A DNA stretch of 25,663 nucleotides. It comes from a virus (taxonomy: Duplodnaviria > Caudoviricetes). The translations under genes were made by a program, and so were the position numbers. Where the stretch lies: IMG/VR virus record IMGVR_UViG_3300027533_000085, positions 1 through 25,663 of that record, one strand, 5' to 3'. Every line of letters begins with the position of its first letter. Position 1 is the first letter of the stretch. The notes under the pieces were generated by a model. It saw only the letters and a list, made by a program, of their open reading frames with translations. It was not told the DNA's origin and searched no databases. Below are positions 1-8,293 of this stretch, in pieces.

Positions 1-214
1 CCAATGCCTTCTCAAGCTTGCGAGATGCCATTGCAACTTCAGCCTCCATCAGCGCCAAGCTATCCTTGGCAACCTTCAACTCCGCTTCGCACCGTTCGAC
101 CTGCCGTATGCAAGCCGCCATGTGAGAACGCACCTGCGCCCGTACTTCAGCCGCCCGCTGGATCTTATCCAGGATTGCTGGGTTCTTCATAACGTAAATC
201 GAAGCCTCCTTCAT
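1..214 (-). CDS. Hypothetical coiled-coil protein, partial (runs off the window start)
   Basis: Not in the ORF track. ATG at 214 (alternative at 190), each preceded by GGAGG. Reads MKEASIYVMKNPAILDKIQRAAEVRAQ...EAELKVAKDSLALMEAEVAMASRKLEKAL with no stop before position 1; heptad-like pattern. Confidence 0.7.
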   Translation of the reverse strand, partial: MKEASIYVMKNPAILDKIQRAAEVRAQVRSHMAACIRQVERCEAELKVAKDSLALMEAEVAMASRKLEKAL

Positions 215-232
215 AACTTAAATCGAAACCTC
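185..232. repeat. 24-bp tandem duplication covering an RBS and start codon
   Basis: cttcataacgtaaatcgaagcctc (185-208) and cttcataacttaaatcgaaacctc (209-232), 22/24 identical. Confidence 0.9.
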
Positions 233-2323
233 CCACAATTCATTCTTCGTCCTAGTCGTCGCCACATACTGCAGCCAGTCTTCCTGTTCCTTCTCCCAAT
301 CCAGCTTGGCCCATTTCACCGGGCAGGTTTCTGCCCTGCCCCAGAGCACCACCAACTCCCACTCCAGCCCCTTGGACTTATGGAAGCTGCTCAACGTGAC
401 CGCATTGGGCCTTTCTCCACTTCCCTCGACCGCATCGGCTTGGTCACTAAAAATTCGCTCGATCTCTTCCTGCAGCAGGTCGATCGGCACTTCGGCTTCA
501 TCCCCTTCCTCCTTCGCTTCCGCCAAGTAATCCTCTTCATACCGGGCCAGCACATTCTGCGCGATCGTCATCAGGCAATCGACAGAGTCTCGAATCATTC
601 CGATCTCCCCTGACCGGCCAGCCTTCTGCATCTTAGCCTCTTCACGACTCCACCATTGTTCTAGCTTCTCCACAAATTGCTGAACCGTGCCAACCTTGAA
701 CCTGCCGGCCAGCGCCAACAGTTTCTTCCCAATATCCCGACCTTCGATCCGCGCTGGAATCCCCATCAGCATCAACTTGTAGTAGATGCCTGCTAATGGT
801 GCATTCAACCTGCACAAGATCGCCTTCTCGCCATGCTTGGTTGCCTCCCATGCGGCATGTGCAGCCAGCAGATCCGGGTTAGGCGGCTCTCCCTTGGCTG
901 CGACCATAGACTTTCCAGCGGCGTACCAGAACTGCCCCTGGCGCATGTTTCGAATCTCACCATCCCTTGCTTCATCCGCCGCTTCAAATTCCGGCGCCCA
1001 CTTCTTCGCCAACGCCACCACCTTCTTAGGGCATCGCCTTGTGATGCTCAGCGGCAGCATCGTGGGCATCAGCTCCAACCTGGGCTCCTCGTCCTGCACC
1101 GGCACTCGCGCATCTTCCCAGCCGTTCTCGATGATCGTCTGCCGGCCAACAGCTAACGCAAGGTTCTTCATGCTCTGGGAATCCGCCCCCGTGAATCCAA
1201 AGATCGCCTGATGCTTATCCCCGACGATCACCAATTTCCCAATCCCGGGCTTCATCATTCTCAACAAGACTTCCCGCTTAATCACATTAAGATCCTGCGC
1301 CTCGTCGCCTAGCACCCAATCGAACTGGGGAAATTCCGGAGCACCAAATTTCCCATCCGCCCATGGGCAATCCTGCAAGGTTAGGGGGAGATAAATCATC
1401 TCGGTGAAGGTGATGGAGTCCAACATGCGATCCTTCCCAATCACCAGCTGGGCCAGTTTAATGACGTCCCGCTCCACCTTCTGGCTCTTGAATCTCACGT
1501 CGAAATGCTTCATGATCCTCAGCCATGGCGCGACGTCATCGAACTTCTCTCTCGCCTCTTGGCTAACCCCGCATAGGTTGAGGCCAATTCCAAACTGCAT
1601 CACCATGTCGATCAGCCAAGCGACAACGCCAACGCCCCCAATTTCCTTTTCAACCAACGTGGCCTCTGCCCTTCTCCCGGGCAAGGGCTTCCGCTCCCAT
1701 GGCTTCTGTCCCTTGGTTGGGGGTCCATAAATCAGCAGATCCAGAGCCTTCTCCCATTTCCTTTCATCGAGCATCGGCGGGTTCAGCCGCACCTGCCTGC
1801 ACCATCTCAACAAACTCTGCCAGCAGAGTGAATGCACGGTCGATGCTTCGACCAATCCACCGGCCCCAGCCCATCCACCATTGGTCTGTTTGCCATAGCA
1901 ACGCGCCAACCGAATCGGCTCGAGCTTCCTCGAGATCTCCCGCGCAATCGGCTTGGCAAACGCGCCAAACCAGACATCTCCCGGCATGTGCTCTTCAATC
2001 CCCCGCAACATAGTCGAGGTCTTGCCGGTCCCGGCCAGCGCCCCAACGATCAGCACGCGATCATAGAGCGGCCAGGGATAGACCATAGTGCCGGCGTGGT
2101 GACCGCCCCAGTCAACAGCGTTGGCGGTGCGGTGCTTGCACCAGTCGAAGATGTCTTGCTGTTGGGAGGATGGAGCCCAACGTTCTTGGACGAGCTGCGC
2201 CTCGGCTTCGTTTGTCAGGCGATGGACCTCGGGCCAGGGCTCTATTGCCGGCACTGGGGCATCGTCCCTGACCATCCCCTCAATCAATCGATCCAACTCT
2301 TCCCCGTCAATTCGCTTAGCCAT
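218..2323 (-). CDS. UvrD/Rep-like superfamily 1 DNA helicase (phage type)
   Basis: SF1 motifs in order: Walker A GALAGTGKTS, TVHSL, DEAQD, VGDKHQAIFGFTGA, LSITRRCP, FHKSKGLEW, LQYVATTRTK. AAGGGGA RBS upstream. Confidence 0.92.
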   Translation of the reverse strand: MAKRIDGEELDRLIEGMVRDDAPVPAIEPWPEVHRLTNEAEAQLVQERWAPSSQQQDIFDWCKHRTANAVDWGGHHAGTMVYPWPLYDRVLIVGALAGTGKTSTMLRGIEEHMPGDVWFGAFAKPIAREISRKLEPIRLARCYGKQTNGGWAGAGGLVEASTVHSLCWQSLLRWCRQVRLNPPMLDERKWEKALDLLIYGPPTKGQKPWERKPLPGRRAEATLVEKEIGGVGVVAWLIDMVMQFGIGLNLCGVSQEAREKFDDVAPWLRIMKHFDVRFKSQKVERDVIKLAQLVIGKDRMLDSITFTEMIYLPLTLQDCPWADGKFGAPEFPQFDWVLGDEAQDLNVIKREVLLRMMKPGIGKLVIVGDKHQAIFGFTGADSQSMKNLALAVGRQTIIENGWEDARVPVQDEEPRLELMPTMLPLSITRRCPKKVVALAKKWAPEFEAADEARDGEIRNMRQGQFWYAAGKSMVAAKGEPPNPDLLAAHAAWEATKHGEKAILCRLNAPLAGIYYKLMLMGIPARIEGRDIGKKLLALAGRFKVGTVQQFVEKLEQWWSREEAKMQKAGRSGEIGMIRDSVDCLMTIAQNVLARYEEDYLAEAKEEGDEAEVPIDLLQEEIERIFSDQADAVEGSGERPNAVTLSSFHKSKGLEWELVVLWGRAETCPVKWAKLDWEKEQEDWLQYVATTRTKNELWEVSI

Positions 2324-2339
2324 CCTTATTTCCCCTTCC

Positions 2340-2525
2340 TCAACCTTGAACCATCATCGAAAACACGATGCAGATAATCGCGCCGACCACCAGCCCCAAA
2401 ACAACCGCCATTATTGACCCAATCGTAATTCCTGGCGGATCTTCAATCTCCTTGGCCCGCAGCTTTTGATACTCCGCCCATTTTTGATACTCCGCCCATT
2501 CAGCATCGTCGATTCTCTTGGCCAT
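2340..2525 (-). CDS. Small membrane protein (one C-terminal TM helix)
   Basis: Hydrophobic stretch IGSIMAVVLGLVVGAIICIVFSMM; GGGAG RBS; packed between neighbours; internal WAEYQK duplication. Confidence 0.7.
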   Translation of the reverse strand: MAKRIDDAEWAEYQKWAEYQKLRAKEIEDPPGITIGSIMAVVLGLVVGAIICIVFSMMVQG

Positions 2526-2526
2526 C

Positions 2527-2937
2527 TTATTTCTCCCGCTCCCGCTTCCCCAACTCCACCAGCATCTTCACCGCCGCCCCGACCGCCGCCATCCCCAACC
2601 CACCAAACCCGACCATCACCAGCGTCAGCACGACCGACATCCTGGCCACTCGCTCATTAGGCTGGTTGAAAATCCCGCCCTCGCCATATCCGGTCAGGTC
2701 TTTAATCAAGACCCATCCGAATGGGGCATAAACAACCGCCATCGTTATAAACGCACCGGCCAGCAGCCCCTTGGCCAGTGCTTCCGCCAAGCGATGCCAC
2801 TCGGGCTCGACCGGCTCTCTAAGGTCGATAGGTGGTGCAAGGTGAGCTTGGGTATCGTAACGAGTATCGATTCGGCCCCAGCGATAAGGCGGCGGGTCGG
2901 GGCGGTCCCAGATCTTCCAGCGATCCCAGATTTTCAT
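2527..2937 (-). CDS. Membrane protein (two TM helices)
   Basis: Hydrophobic segments GLLAGAFITMAVVYAPFGWVLI and VVLTLVMVGFGGLGMAAVGAAV; ATGA overlap with the upstream stop. Confidence 0.7.
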   Translation of the reverse strand: MKIWDRWKIWDRPDPPPYRWGRIDTRYDTQAHLAPPIDLREPVEPEWHRLAEALAKGLLAGAFITMAVVYAPFGWVLIKDLTGYGEGGIFNQPNERVARMSVVLTLVMVGFGGLGMAAVGAAVKMLVELGKREREK

Positions 2938-3194
2938 TTCTTGCCTGCCTTTCCCCTTATCAACTCCCGCTTCTCCCGGCGCGTCAGCCCCGACAGACGC
3001 TGCCCGTTGTGATGGTCATACATTGTCTCCGCCGCCTTGCGTACATCAACCGCCCCGGCATTGTGCGCGGCAAACAAGCAGTTCTGCCACAGCGGCAGAT
3101 CACCATGCGCCTGCTTGTCATACCACGTCCAGCAACTGATGTCGTCCGGACGTTGGAGTTCAATGGTCTTTGCGTCGAGCATGTTGGTGATCAA
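2934..3194 (-). CDS. Hypothetical protein
   Basis: ORF track 2934..3233. Start moved to TTG at 3194, which overlaps the upstream stop (TTGA) and has GGAGG 6 nt upstream. Confidence 0.6.
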   Translation of the reverse strand: MITNMLDAKTIELQRPDDISCWTWYDKQAHGDLPLWQNCLFAAHNAGAVDVRKAAETMYDHHNGQRLSGLTRREKRELIRGKAGKK

Positions 3195-3541
3195 AGCGCA
3201 CCTCCTGCCCTTCCCCAGCCCTCGGGCTCCCATCCGTTCTTGTCATCCTTCTGCCAGTCCCTGCCGGCAATCGCCGTTGGAACCCCGCCATCAAAAAAGA
3301 AGATCGTCTTCAAGCCCAGGTCATGGTGCTCCTGCGCCTGCAGTTCTTGCGCTTCCAGATCAAGCTCCTCCTGGTCCCAGTCATCATCTGCATCACTATT
3401 CAGCGCAGCCATCAGCGGCGCCATCCCGACCCGCACCGGCGAGCCATGCTCATTCTTTGGAACCACCGCCCCACCTGGAATGGGATTGTAAACTGCGCGT
3501 CTATAGGCCGACTTTAAAAACCGTGAGTGTCGAACGTCCAT
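3191..3541 (-). CDS. Hypothetical protein with an acidic central stretch
   Basis: ORF track 3191..3580. ATG at 3541 preferred (AAAGGAG RBS, downstream of the promoter at 3580-3608). Confidence 0.65.
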   Translation of the reverse strand: MDVRHSRFLKSAYRRAVYNPIPGGAVVPKNEHGSPVRVGMAPLMAALNSDADDDWDQEELDLEAQELQAQEHHDLGLKTIFFFDGGVPTAIAGRDWQKDDKNGWEPEGWGRAGGAL

Positions 3542-3579
3542 CTTCAAATCTCCTTTCAACTGTCCCGTTGGTTCGATCA

Positions 3580-3608
3580 AGCATACCAGTTCTTGCTAGA
3601 ACTGACAA
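3580..3608 (-). promoter_or_regulatory. Sigma70-like promoter
   Basis: Minus strand reads TTGTCA - 17 bp - TATGCT, with an extended -10 TG. Confidence 0.7.
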
Positions 3609-3609
3609 G
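3592..3609. promoter_or_regulatory. Putative operator, copy 1 (CTTGCTAGAACTGACAAG)
   Basis: Imperfect palindrome CTTG-N10-CAAG overlapping the -35; near-identical copies at 5329 and 13059. Confidence 0.65.
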
Positions 3610-3610
3610 C

Positions 3611-3658
3611 AAAAAGGGGGCAGGAATTCTGGCCTCTCGACCAATCCCCTGCCCCCTT
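3611..3658 (-). terminator. Rho-independent terminator
   Basis: Minus strand AAGGGGGCAGG...CCTGCCCCCTT followed by TTT, just after the stop at 3672. Confidence 0.7.
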
Positions 3659-3671
3659 GCTTCTTGCCCTT

Positions 3672-4187
3672 CTAAAGATTGGGCCATGCCTGCGGATCGC
3701 AGATATCGCAACTCTCGCCAGCCGGCAGGTTGGAGCAGTCATGATCCGGCCACCGCTGCCCCTGCATCTCACAAGCAGAATCATGCTCGTCCCCGTACCA
3801 CGACCGGTCGTCGCAGGTGCATTCGGGCTCATAATCATCCTCATCTTTGTCTTTGGGAGCCCCTAGGACGACCGGCATCCGCCCCTTCTCATCGGCCAGC
3901 ACCATCTCTTCCCCAACGACCCCGGGCAGCACGCAGATCGCCACGCCCAGCCGCGCATCGAGCATCATATCGCTGATTGCTTCCTCGGCATCTCTTCCTT
4001 TAACCGTGATGGCCAGCACGCGGCCCCAGTTGTCCAATCCAATCCCAGTCCACTTGACCCGGTTCTTGCTCGAGAAATCACGACCTCGCGCCGGCTGGCG
4101 GATGTAGCGGGTCAGCGGCCGGCCGTCTGCCCCTAGCGGCTCAGTGCCCTTCTTAGGCCTTCCTGGTCCACGTTTCACGATTGTCAC
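3672..4187 (-). CDS. Hypothetical protein with an N-terminal AT-hook-like motif and a C-terminal Cys/His cluster
   Basis: KRGPGRPKK at the N-terminus; CTC...H..C...HDC...CDIC at the C-terminus; GGAGG RBS; GTG start overlaps the upstream stop. Confidence 0.7.
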   Translation of the reverse strand: MTIVKRGPGRPKKGTEPLGADGRPLTRYIRQPARGRDFSSKNRVKWTGIGLDNWGRVLAITVKGRDAEEAISDMMLDARLGVAICVLPGVVGEEMVLADEKGRMPVVLGAPKDKDEDDYEPECTCDDRSWYGDEHDSACEMQGQRWPDHDCSNLPAGESCDICDPQAWPNL

Positions 4188-4426
4188 GATTGCACCTCCC
4201 TTACTACCGACCTTACCGACCTTGCCGACCCATCCCCAACGGGAGGCAAATCCCGCCAGTAAACTTCTTTCCTCCGTTCAAACTCCGCCAGTGCATCCGC
4301 CTTGGCCAGCAGCCATCCCGCCACCTTCATGCAGTGGTAGCGGGATTGCAGCATGATGACGAATGCACCAATGGCCGTGATGAGAATGAGGGTTGATGCG
4401 TTGCTGAGGAATTCCAGGAGCATCAC
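4184..4426 (-). CDS. Small membrane-anchored protein
   Basis: N-terminal hydrophobic segment TLILITAIGAFVIML; start and stop overlap both neighbours. Confidence 0.65.
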   Translation of the reverse strand: MMLLEFLSNASTLILITAIGAFVIMLQSRYHCMKVAGWLLAKADALAEFERRKEVYWRDLPPVGDGSARSVRSVVREVQS

Positions 4427-5088
4427 TTCACCGCCTGCGCAGCAGCCCAGATGGCCGCAGCATCTGCCCTCACCTCAGCCTTCGCGCAGCATGCGGGGCA
4501 AAGCTCATAGCCATCCCCGCCCCAATCCGCCTTGTCCTTGGGATCGATCTCGACCTTCCCGCATTCCTGGCAGGTGTAGATCTTGGCTTCAATATCACCA
4601 ACCCACAACCAAGCCTGCACATAAGCTCCGTCGTCGTCCCCAAACGAGACAACCGCGTTGTCATCAACCTCTAACTCCCCTTCCTTGCCACTGACCTCAT
4701 CCTTCGCCGCTTGGCGATAAGCCGCTGCCAACTCCCCGTCCTGGTCCCCGCCGCCCACGATCGCAACATCCGTTGCCGCGCCGACCCACCTTGCGATCCG
4801 CGCCGTCGCCGTCTCCGGTCCCTCATCCGCCGCAGCATATCCTGCAACGTCTTTCAACATAAACCCCCGCGCCTCTGCCGCCATGATCACGTCGATCACA
4901 AAGTCTTGAAACTCTGTCCCATCAGCCTTGGCATAAAGCGCATAAGCCGCCTCGGCATGGTTGATGTGGTCCTGCCGCGAGGGGAAGACCCCGCAGGTTT
5001 TGTCCCCGGGGCATTTCGGATTCGAGCAAGTGACCTTGTCATGAGCCCACTTGATCGTTGATTTTCCAGCCGTCCATTTGTTGATCAT
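4423..5088 (-). CDS. Hypothetical protein with two putative Zn-binding clusters
   Basis: ORF track 4423..5151. ATG at 5088 preferred (ATGA overlap, GGAGG/GGAG RBS). Contains CSNPKC...C and CQEC...CPAC. Confidence 0.7.
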   Translation of the reverse strand: MINKWTAGKSTIKWAHDKVTCSNPKCPGDKTCGVFPSRQDHINHAEAAYALYAKADGTEFQDFVIDVIMAAEARGFMLKDVAGYAAADEGPETATARIARWVGAATDVAIVGGGDQDGELAAAYRQAAKDEVSGKEGELEVDDNAVVSFGDDDGAYVQAWLWVGDIEAKIYTCQECGKVEIDPKDKADWGGDGYELCPACCAKAEVRADAAAIWAAAQAVK

Positions 5089-5285
5089 GACTCCACCTCC
5101 TCGGTGAGCCCGGCCTCTTTGCGCTCGATGGTAGCTTCCACCACTCGCCACTCACGCACCGCCATCCAACGCCCCGCCAAGTTGGCTCCTGCTTCCTCGG
5201 CTGCTTCATGCGTGTCGTACACCAGGGCATTCGAGCACCACTTCCCCGATGAATCGGCGATCACTTCCACCTTAAACTTCTTCAT
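5085..5285 (-). CDS. Small phage hypothetical protein
   Basis: ATG at 5285 after AAGGGGAA. EVIADSSGKWCSNAL...RWMAVREWRVVE resembles a recurring phage small-protein family (recalled, not searched). Confidence 0.75.
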   Translation of the reverse strand: MKKFKVEVIADSSGKWCSNALVYDTHEAAEEAGANLAGRWMAVREWRVVEATIERKEAGLTEEVES

Positions 5286-5320
5286 TTCGTTCCCCTTTCT
5301 TAAATTTTCCAGCCATCCCA

Positions 5321-5349
5321 ACTATACGCTTGCCAACTCTGACAAGCAA
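5321..5349 (-). promoter_or_regulatory. Sigma70-like promoter
   Basis: Minus strand reads TTGCTT - 17 bp - TATAGT, in an intergenic gap with AT-rich sequence upstream. Confidence 0.7.
5329..5346. promoter_or_regulatory. Putative operator, copy 2 (CTTGCCAACTCTGACAAG)
   Basis: Same CTTG-N10-CAAG palindrome, covering the promoter spacer and part of the -35. Confidence 0.65.
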
Positions 5350-5387
5350 TAGGTTGGGCAATAAAATATCACACTTCCTGCGAATTT

Positions 5388-5585
5388 TTATTTCGCCTGA
5401 TCATAAGGCGAAATAACAACCGGCTCGTTATGCGGCCTGATCGTCGCGATCCCCAGGCTATTCGCCTTGACCTTGCAGACCTTGCCGCAGCTTGGGCAGT
5501 GGACCCATCTCCTGACGTTCTCATAAGACGAGATCGTCATCGGGCCTGCGCAATTGCACTGGCGTTTCGCTGGGGTCGAGGTCAT
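5388..5585 (-). CDS. Small putative Zn-ribbon protein
   Basis: CNC...HCPSC...RPH; ATGA overlap with the upstream gene. Confidence 0.65.
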   Translation of the reverse strand: MTSTPAKRQCNCAGPMTISSYENVRRWVHCPSCGKVCKVKANSLGIATIRPHNEPVVISPYDQAK

Positions 5586-5773
5586 GACTTAACCCTCACT
5601 TCCCCAAGGTCCAGCCCCGGAGCCCTCTCCCCTTCCAGCTGGCTCACCACAGCCGTTGCGGTCGGCACTTGCCCCGCGCCGACCGGCGGCTTGGCCGGCG
5701 GCTTGGCATCGACCATCGCGAAGATAGACCGCAGCCGGTCCATGTCGGTCTTTACTGCTTTCAAGATCGTCAT
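5582..5773 (-). CDS. Hypothetical protein
   Basis: ORF track 5582..5794. ATG at 5773 preferred, after the AAGGGGAA RBS. Confidence 0.6.
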   Translation of the reverse strand: MTILKAVKTDMDRLRSIFAMVDAKPPAKPPVGAGQVPTATAVVSQLEGERAPGLDLGEVRVKS

Positions 5774-5787
5774 TCGAATTCGTTCCC

Positions 5788-5839
5788 CTTTCACTTGAGC
5801 CCATCGACCATCCCCGCTGGCCGATGAGCCCCTTGAAAG
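5788..5839 (-). promoter_or_regulatory. Long interrupted mRNA stem-loop next to an RBS (possible RNase III or translational control site)
   Basis: 6-bp stem, internal loop, then 14-bp stem. Three positions pair only as G-U on the minus (coding) strand. Confidence 0.55.
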
Positions 5840-5848
5840 TCCGGAGCC

Positions 5849-6160
5849 CTATTGCCCCGGCTCTACCGTCTCGCCTTCCTCCTGCGCTCTCACCTTGGCC
5901 AACTGCTCAGCCACTTCGTACCAGGACGTCGCCAACCCGGTAAAGATCCGATGCAGGCTTTTGTTTCCCAACTGCAGGCAGATGAGCGCCACCTGATTGC
6001 ATGAATCCGCCTTGTTCATGGCGCATTCCGGATCGATATCTTCGCCACCTTTGCGCACGAACTTAACGTACTCCTCCTGGTCAGCCGCGCCCCATTCAAA
6101 GGCGGTTGTCATGGCGTCCAACTGATCAAAGCTCAGTTCCAAAACCGTTGGTTTGTACAT
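5849..6160 (-). CDS. Hypothetical protein
   Basis: 103-aa ORF with an AAAGGAG RBS. Confidence 0.7.
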   Translation of the reverse strand: MYKPTVLELSFDQLDAMTTAFEWGAADQEEYVKFVRKGGEDIDPECAMNKADSCNQVALICLQLGNKSLHRIFTGLATSWYEVAEQLAKVRAQEEGETVEPGQ

Positions 6161-6187
6161 CAGCTTTTTGCTCCTTTCAAAATTCCC

Positions 6188-6385
6188 CTAGTCCCCGATA
6201 TCGACCTGCGCCACCAACGAGGTCCAGTGCTTCTCACCTTCCCGCTGGTAATAAATCCGGATATCCCGTGTCGCGAATAGGATATTCAGCGACGACGCCA
6301 CCTCATGGGCCTTCGCCGATGGAACCCCGCGCAGCACATAATCCAAGTCTTCCCCGGTTGACCTTCTAATCACAACTTTTGCCAT
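6188..6385 (-). CDS. Hypothetical protein
   Basis: 65-aa ORF with an AAAGGGGAA RBS. Confidence 0.7.
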   Translation of the reverse strand: MAKVVIRRSTGEDLDYVLRGVPSAKAHEVASSLNILFATRDIRIYYQREGEKHWTSLVAQVDIGD

Positions 6386-6392
6386 TGCTCAA

Positions 6393-6510
6393 TTCCCCTT
6401 TCAAAATCTCGAGCCTGCAATCCGCAGAATTCTCGAGTGCGATCTACTCGCATTTGAACCGGCTCGCCTGCGCATGCCGGTCCCTTGCGATTATTCCGCC
6501 ATCACCTATC
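6393..6510 (-). promoter_or_regulatory. Structured intergenic element, copy A (homologous to 8585-8670)
   Basis: Three hairpins. Shares TCAAA, TGCGA-N5-TCGCATTTG, TCCCTTGC, CGCCA and ACCTATC, in the same order, with 8585-8670. Confidence 0.55.
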
Positions 6511-6976
6511 CCTTGCTCGCCACTCGCGCATCCATCTCGCGTATCATCCGCTCGCGCTGAATGAACCGATCGCCTGCCTTGCTCTGCAGGCTCCTGCAGT
6601 GCGGCTCCCCGCTATCCAAGCTCGCCTGATGTTGCTCTTTGGGCTCCCCGCACATCTGGCACGTTGCTAGCCCATCCGGACCCGCCGTTGCAAGCTCCAT
6701 CAGCTTGGCTGCAATCTCGCGCAACTCCCGCCTCCAAGCCGCCCCAGTCGCATCGTGCCCGGTCAGCGCCATGTCGCGAGACTTCGCGAGCAACGCCTGC
6801 ACAGCGCACCGGATCGCCCCCCTAGTCCTGCGCACCGGCCGTTGCTTAACGTCCCCCAGCATGTGCCCCAGCGTTTCTGGAAGCAACCCATCGCTGGAGT
6901 AATAAAGCTCGTTCCATTCTCCCGTGGTGAAATGCACGGGATCGATCGTGACCAACTTAGCCTTTGCCATTTTCAT
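6506..6976 (-). CDS. Hypothetical protein with a C-terminal CxxC..H..HC cluster
   Basis: ORF track 6506..7054. Start at 6976 (ATGA overlap) or 6970. Contains CQMCGEPKEQH...HC. Confidence 0.7.
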   Translation of the reverse strand: MKMAKAKLVTIDPVHFTTGEWNELYYSSDGLLPETLGHMLGDVKQRPVRRTRGAIRCAVQALLAKSRDMALTGHDATGAAWRRELREIAAKLMELATAGPDGLATCQMCGEPKEQHQASLDSGEPHCRSLQSKAGDRFIQRERMIREMDARVASKG

Positions 6977-7242
6977 ACCAACCTTTCCATCTTCGCTTCG
7001 TTGTTTTCGGTGTAGTGCCGCTCGACTTTGTTTGCCCCATGCGAGAGCGCCCATTTGACCGCTTCCTCAACCGTGCCGACCCATGCCCCGCCGATGAAAT
7101 AAACACCGTGCCATTCCAGCAGTTCGACATAGACCCGGCTTGGGTCTATCCAGGTGTAGACTACGGCGTTTCGGGCTCCTTTGGCCAGCTTATAAGGCGT
7201 TGGCTCACCGACCCGCCGCAACGCTTCCATTGCTTTTGCCAT
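6973..7242 (-). CDS. Hypothetical protein
   Basis: ORF track 6973..7278. ATG at 7242 follows an AAGGGGGG RBS. Confidence 0.65.
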   Translation of the reverse strand: MAKAMEALRRVGEPTPYKLAKGARNAVVYTWIDPSRVYVELLEWHGVYFIGGAWVGTVEEAVKWALSHGANKVERHYTENNEAKMERLV

Positions 7243-7246
7243 CGGC

Positions 7247-7525
7247 CTAAATCCCCCCTTCTTTCCGAATCTCGGCAAGGTTCATTGCCATCGCCCATTT
7301 CAACATCGCGCCTGCGAGCTTAACAGGCGATTCAAACGTCCCCAGCAGCCGCAGCCGACCGCTGTTTATCAAAGCGACCCGGCTGGCAGGAACCACTTCA
7401 TTGGCTCCACAGAGCCACGCCACGCCCCCGCCGCCGCCATCGCCTTCCGCCCCGACCCACACGGTTATGGGAAACTCCCGCCGCGCTATCTCATTGGCTT
7501 TTGCCAGCAACTTAGGATTCATCAT
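7247..7525 (-). CDS. Hypothetical protein
   Basis: ORF track 7247..7534. ATG at 7525 overlaps the upstream TGA; AAGGAG RBS. Confidence 0.65.
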   Translation of the reverse strand: MMNPKLLAKANEIARREFPITVWVGAEGDGGGGGVAWLCGANEVVPASRVALINSGRLRLLGTFESPVKLAGAMLKWAMAMNLAEIRKEGGI

Positions 7526-7803
7526 TTGGAACAAAGCTCCTTTATCCGCAACTTGACCGCTTTGGCAACCGGTCCCCGATAGCTGAACGCCTGCCCCAGG
7601 AACCGCAGGCCAATATGCCGACCGTATTCCTGGTAATACTGCTGGTCGAACGAGTCCATCTCCAGCAGCGCCTGCAGATAAGGCACAGCGCCGAAATAAA
7701 CCTTGCCGCCCCAGTCGGCTTTGACAATCGCGCCCAACGTCGCCGGGCTCTCAGCCCGGGCAATATGCTGCAGCAGTTCGTTAGTCACTTCAAGTTTTGC
7801 CAT
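7522..7803 (-). CDS. Conserved phage early-region hypothetical protein
   Basis: ATG at 7803 after AAAGGGGAA. ADW..VYFGAVPYLQAL...FL..A..YRG..AK.VK matches a widespread phage family of unknown function (recalled, not searched). Confidence 0.8.
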   Translation of the reverse strand: MAKLEVTNELLQHIARAESPATLGAIVKADWGGKVYFGAVPYLQALLEMDSFDQQYYQEYGRHIGLRFLGQAFSYRGPVAKAVKLRIKELCSK

Positions 7804-7897
7804 TTGACTATTCCCCTTTGCTCTAGAATTCCAACTTTGGGAAAATATCCCGGCATGCCGACCGACCTTTGCTAGTCGGCATGCTGCGATGCTTTCA

Positions 7898-8044
7898 CTA
7901 ATCGAACCACTCAAACCGCAACGGGATCGATGGGGGCAGTTTGTGATACTCCCGCTCAGATGCGATATGCATAAAATCCACCATATCGCCGAATAGATGC
8001 GCAGTCAGCCGCTTGTGATCAATCCGCCTAATTTGTCTCAGCAT
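7898..8044 (-). CDS. Small hypothetical protein (48 aa, too short for the ORF track)
   Basis: Manual translation MLRQIRRIDHKRLTAHLFGDMVDFMHIASEREYHKLPPSIPLRFEWFD*; GGGGG RBS at 8051-8055; tandem TAG TGA stops; fills the gap between genes. Confidence 0.55.
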   Translation of the reverse strand: MLRQIRRIDHKRLTAHLFGDMVDFMHIASEREYHKLPPSIPLRFEWFD

Positions 8045-8059
8045 TTTGAACCCCCAAAG

Positions 8060-8293
8060 CTATTCGCCATGCTCGGCAATCCGGATAAGCTCCGCCATTT
8101 CCCGCGCCTGATTCAACGCATATTCCGCCTCTTCAGGCGAGAATCCCAACTTGGCGAGCTTAGCCCTTATCCGCCGATTTGCGCCTCGCTGAATCCGCCT
8201 TGCATGGCCACCATCGCGCCTATGCGCCCATCGGTCGATTCCACTGTTCACAGTCTCAATATATTCATCTTGCAGGCCGATTAGATTATGCAT
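8060..8293 (-). CDS. Hypothetical basic protein
   Basis: ORF track 8060..8398. ATG at 8293 has a GAGG RBS and overlaps the end of the upstream gene. Confidence 0.65.
   Translation of the reverse strand: MHNLIGLQDEYIETVNSGIDRWAHRRDGGHARRIQRGANRRIRAKLAKLGFSPEEAEYALNQAREMAELIRIAEHGE

Noticed and set aside
2340-2937. Holin or lysis cassette
   Set aside because: These membrane proteins lie in the early/middle operon with no endolysin or spanin nearby.
6440-6490. tRNA-like element (GGTTCAAAT on the minus strand)
   Set aside because: No T-stem pairing or cloverleaf around it; better explained as part of the repeated leader structure.
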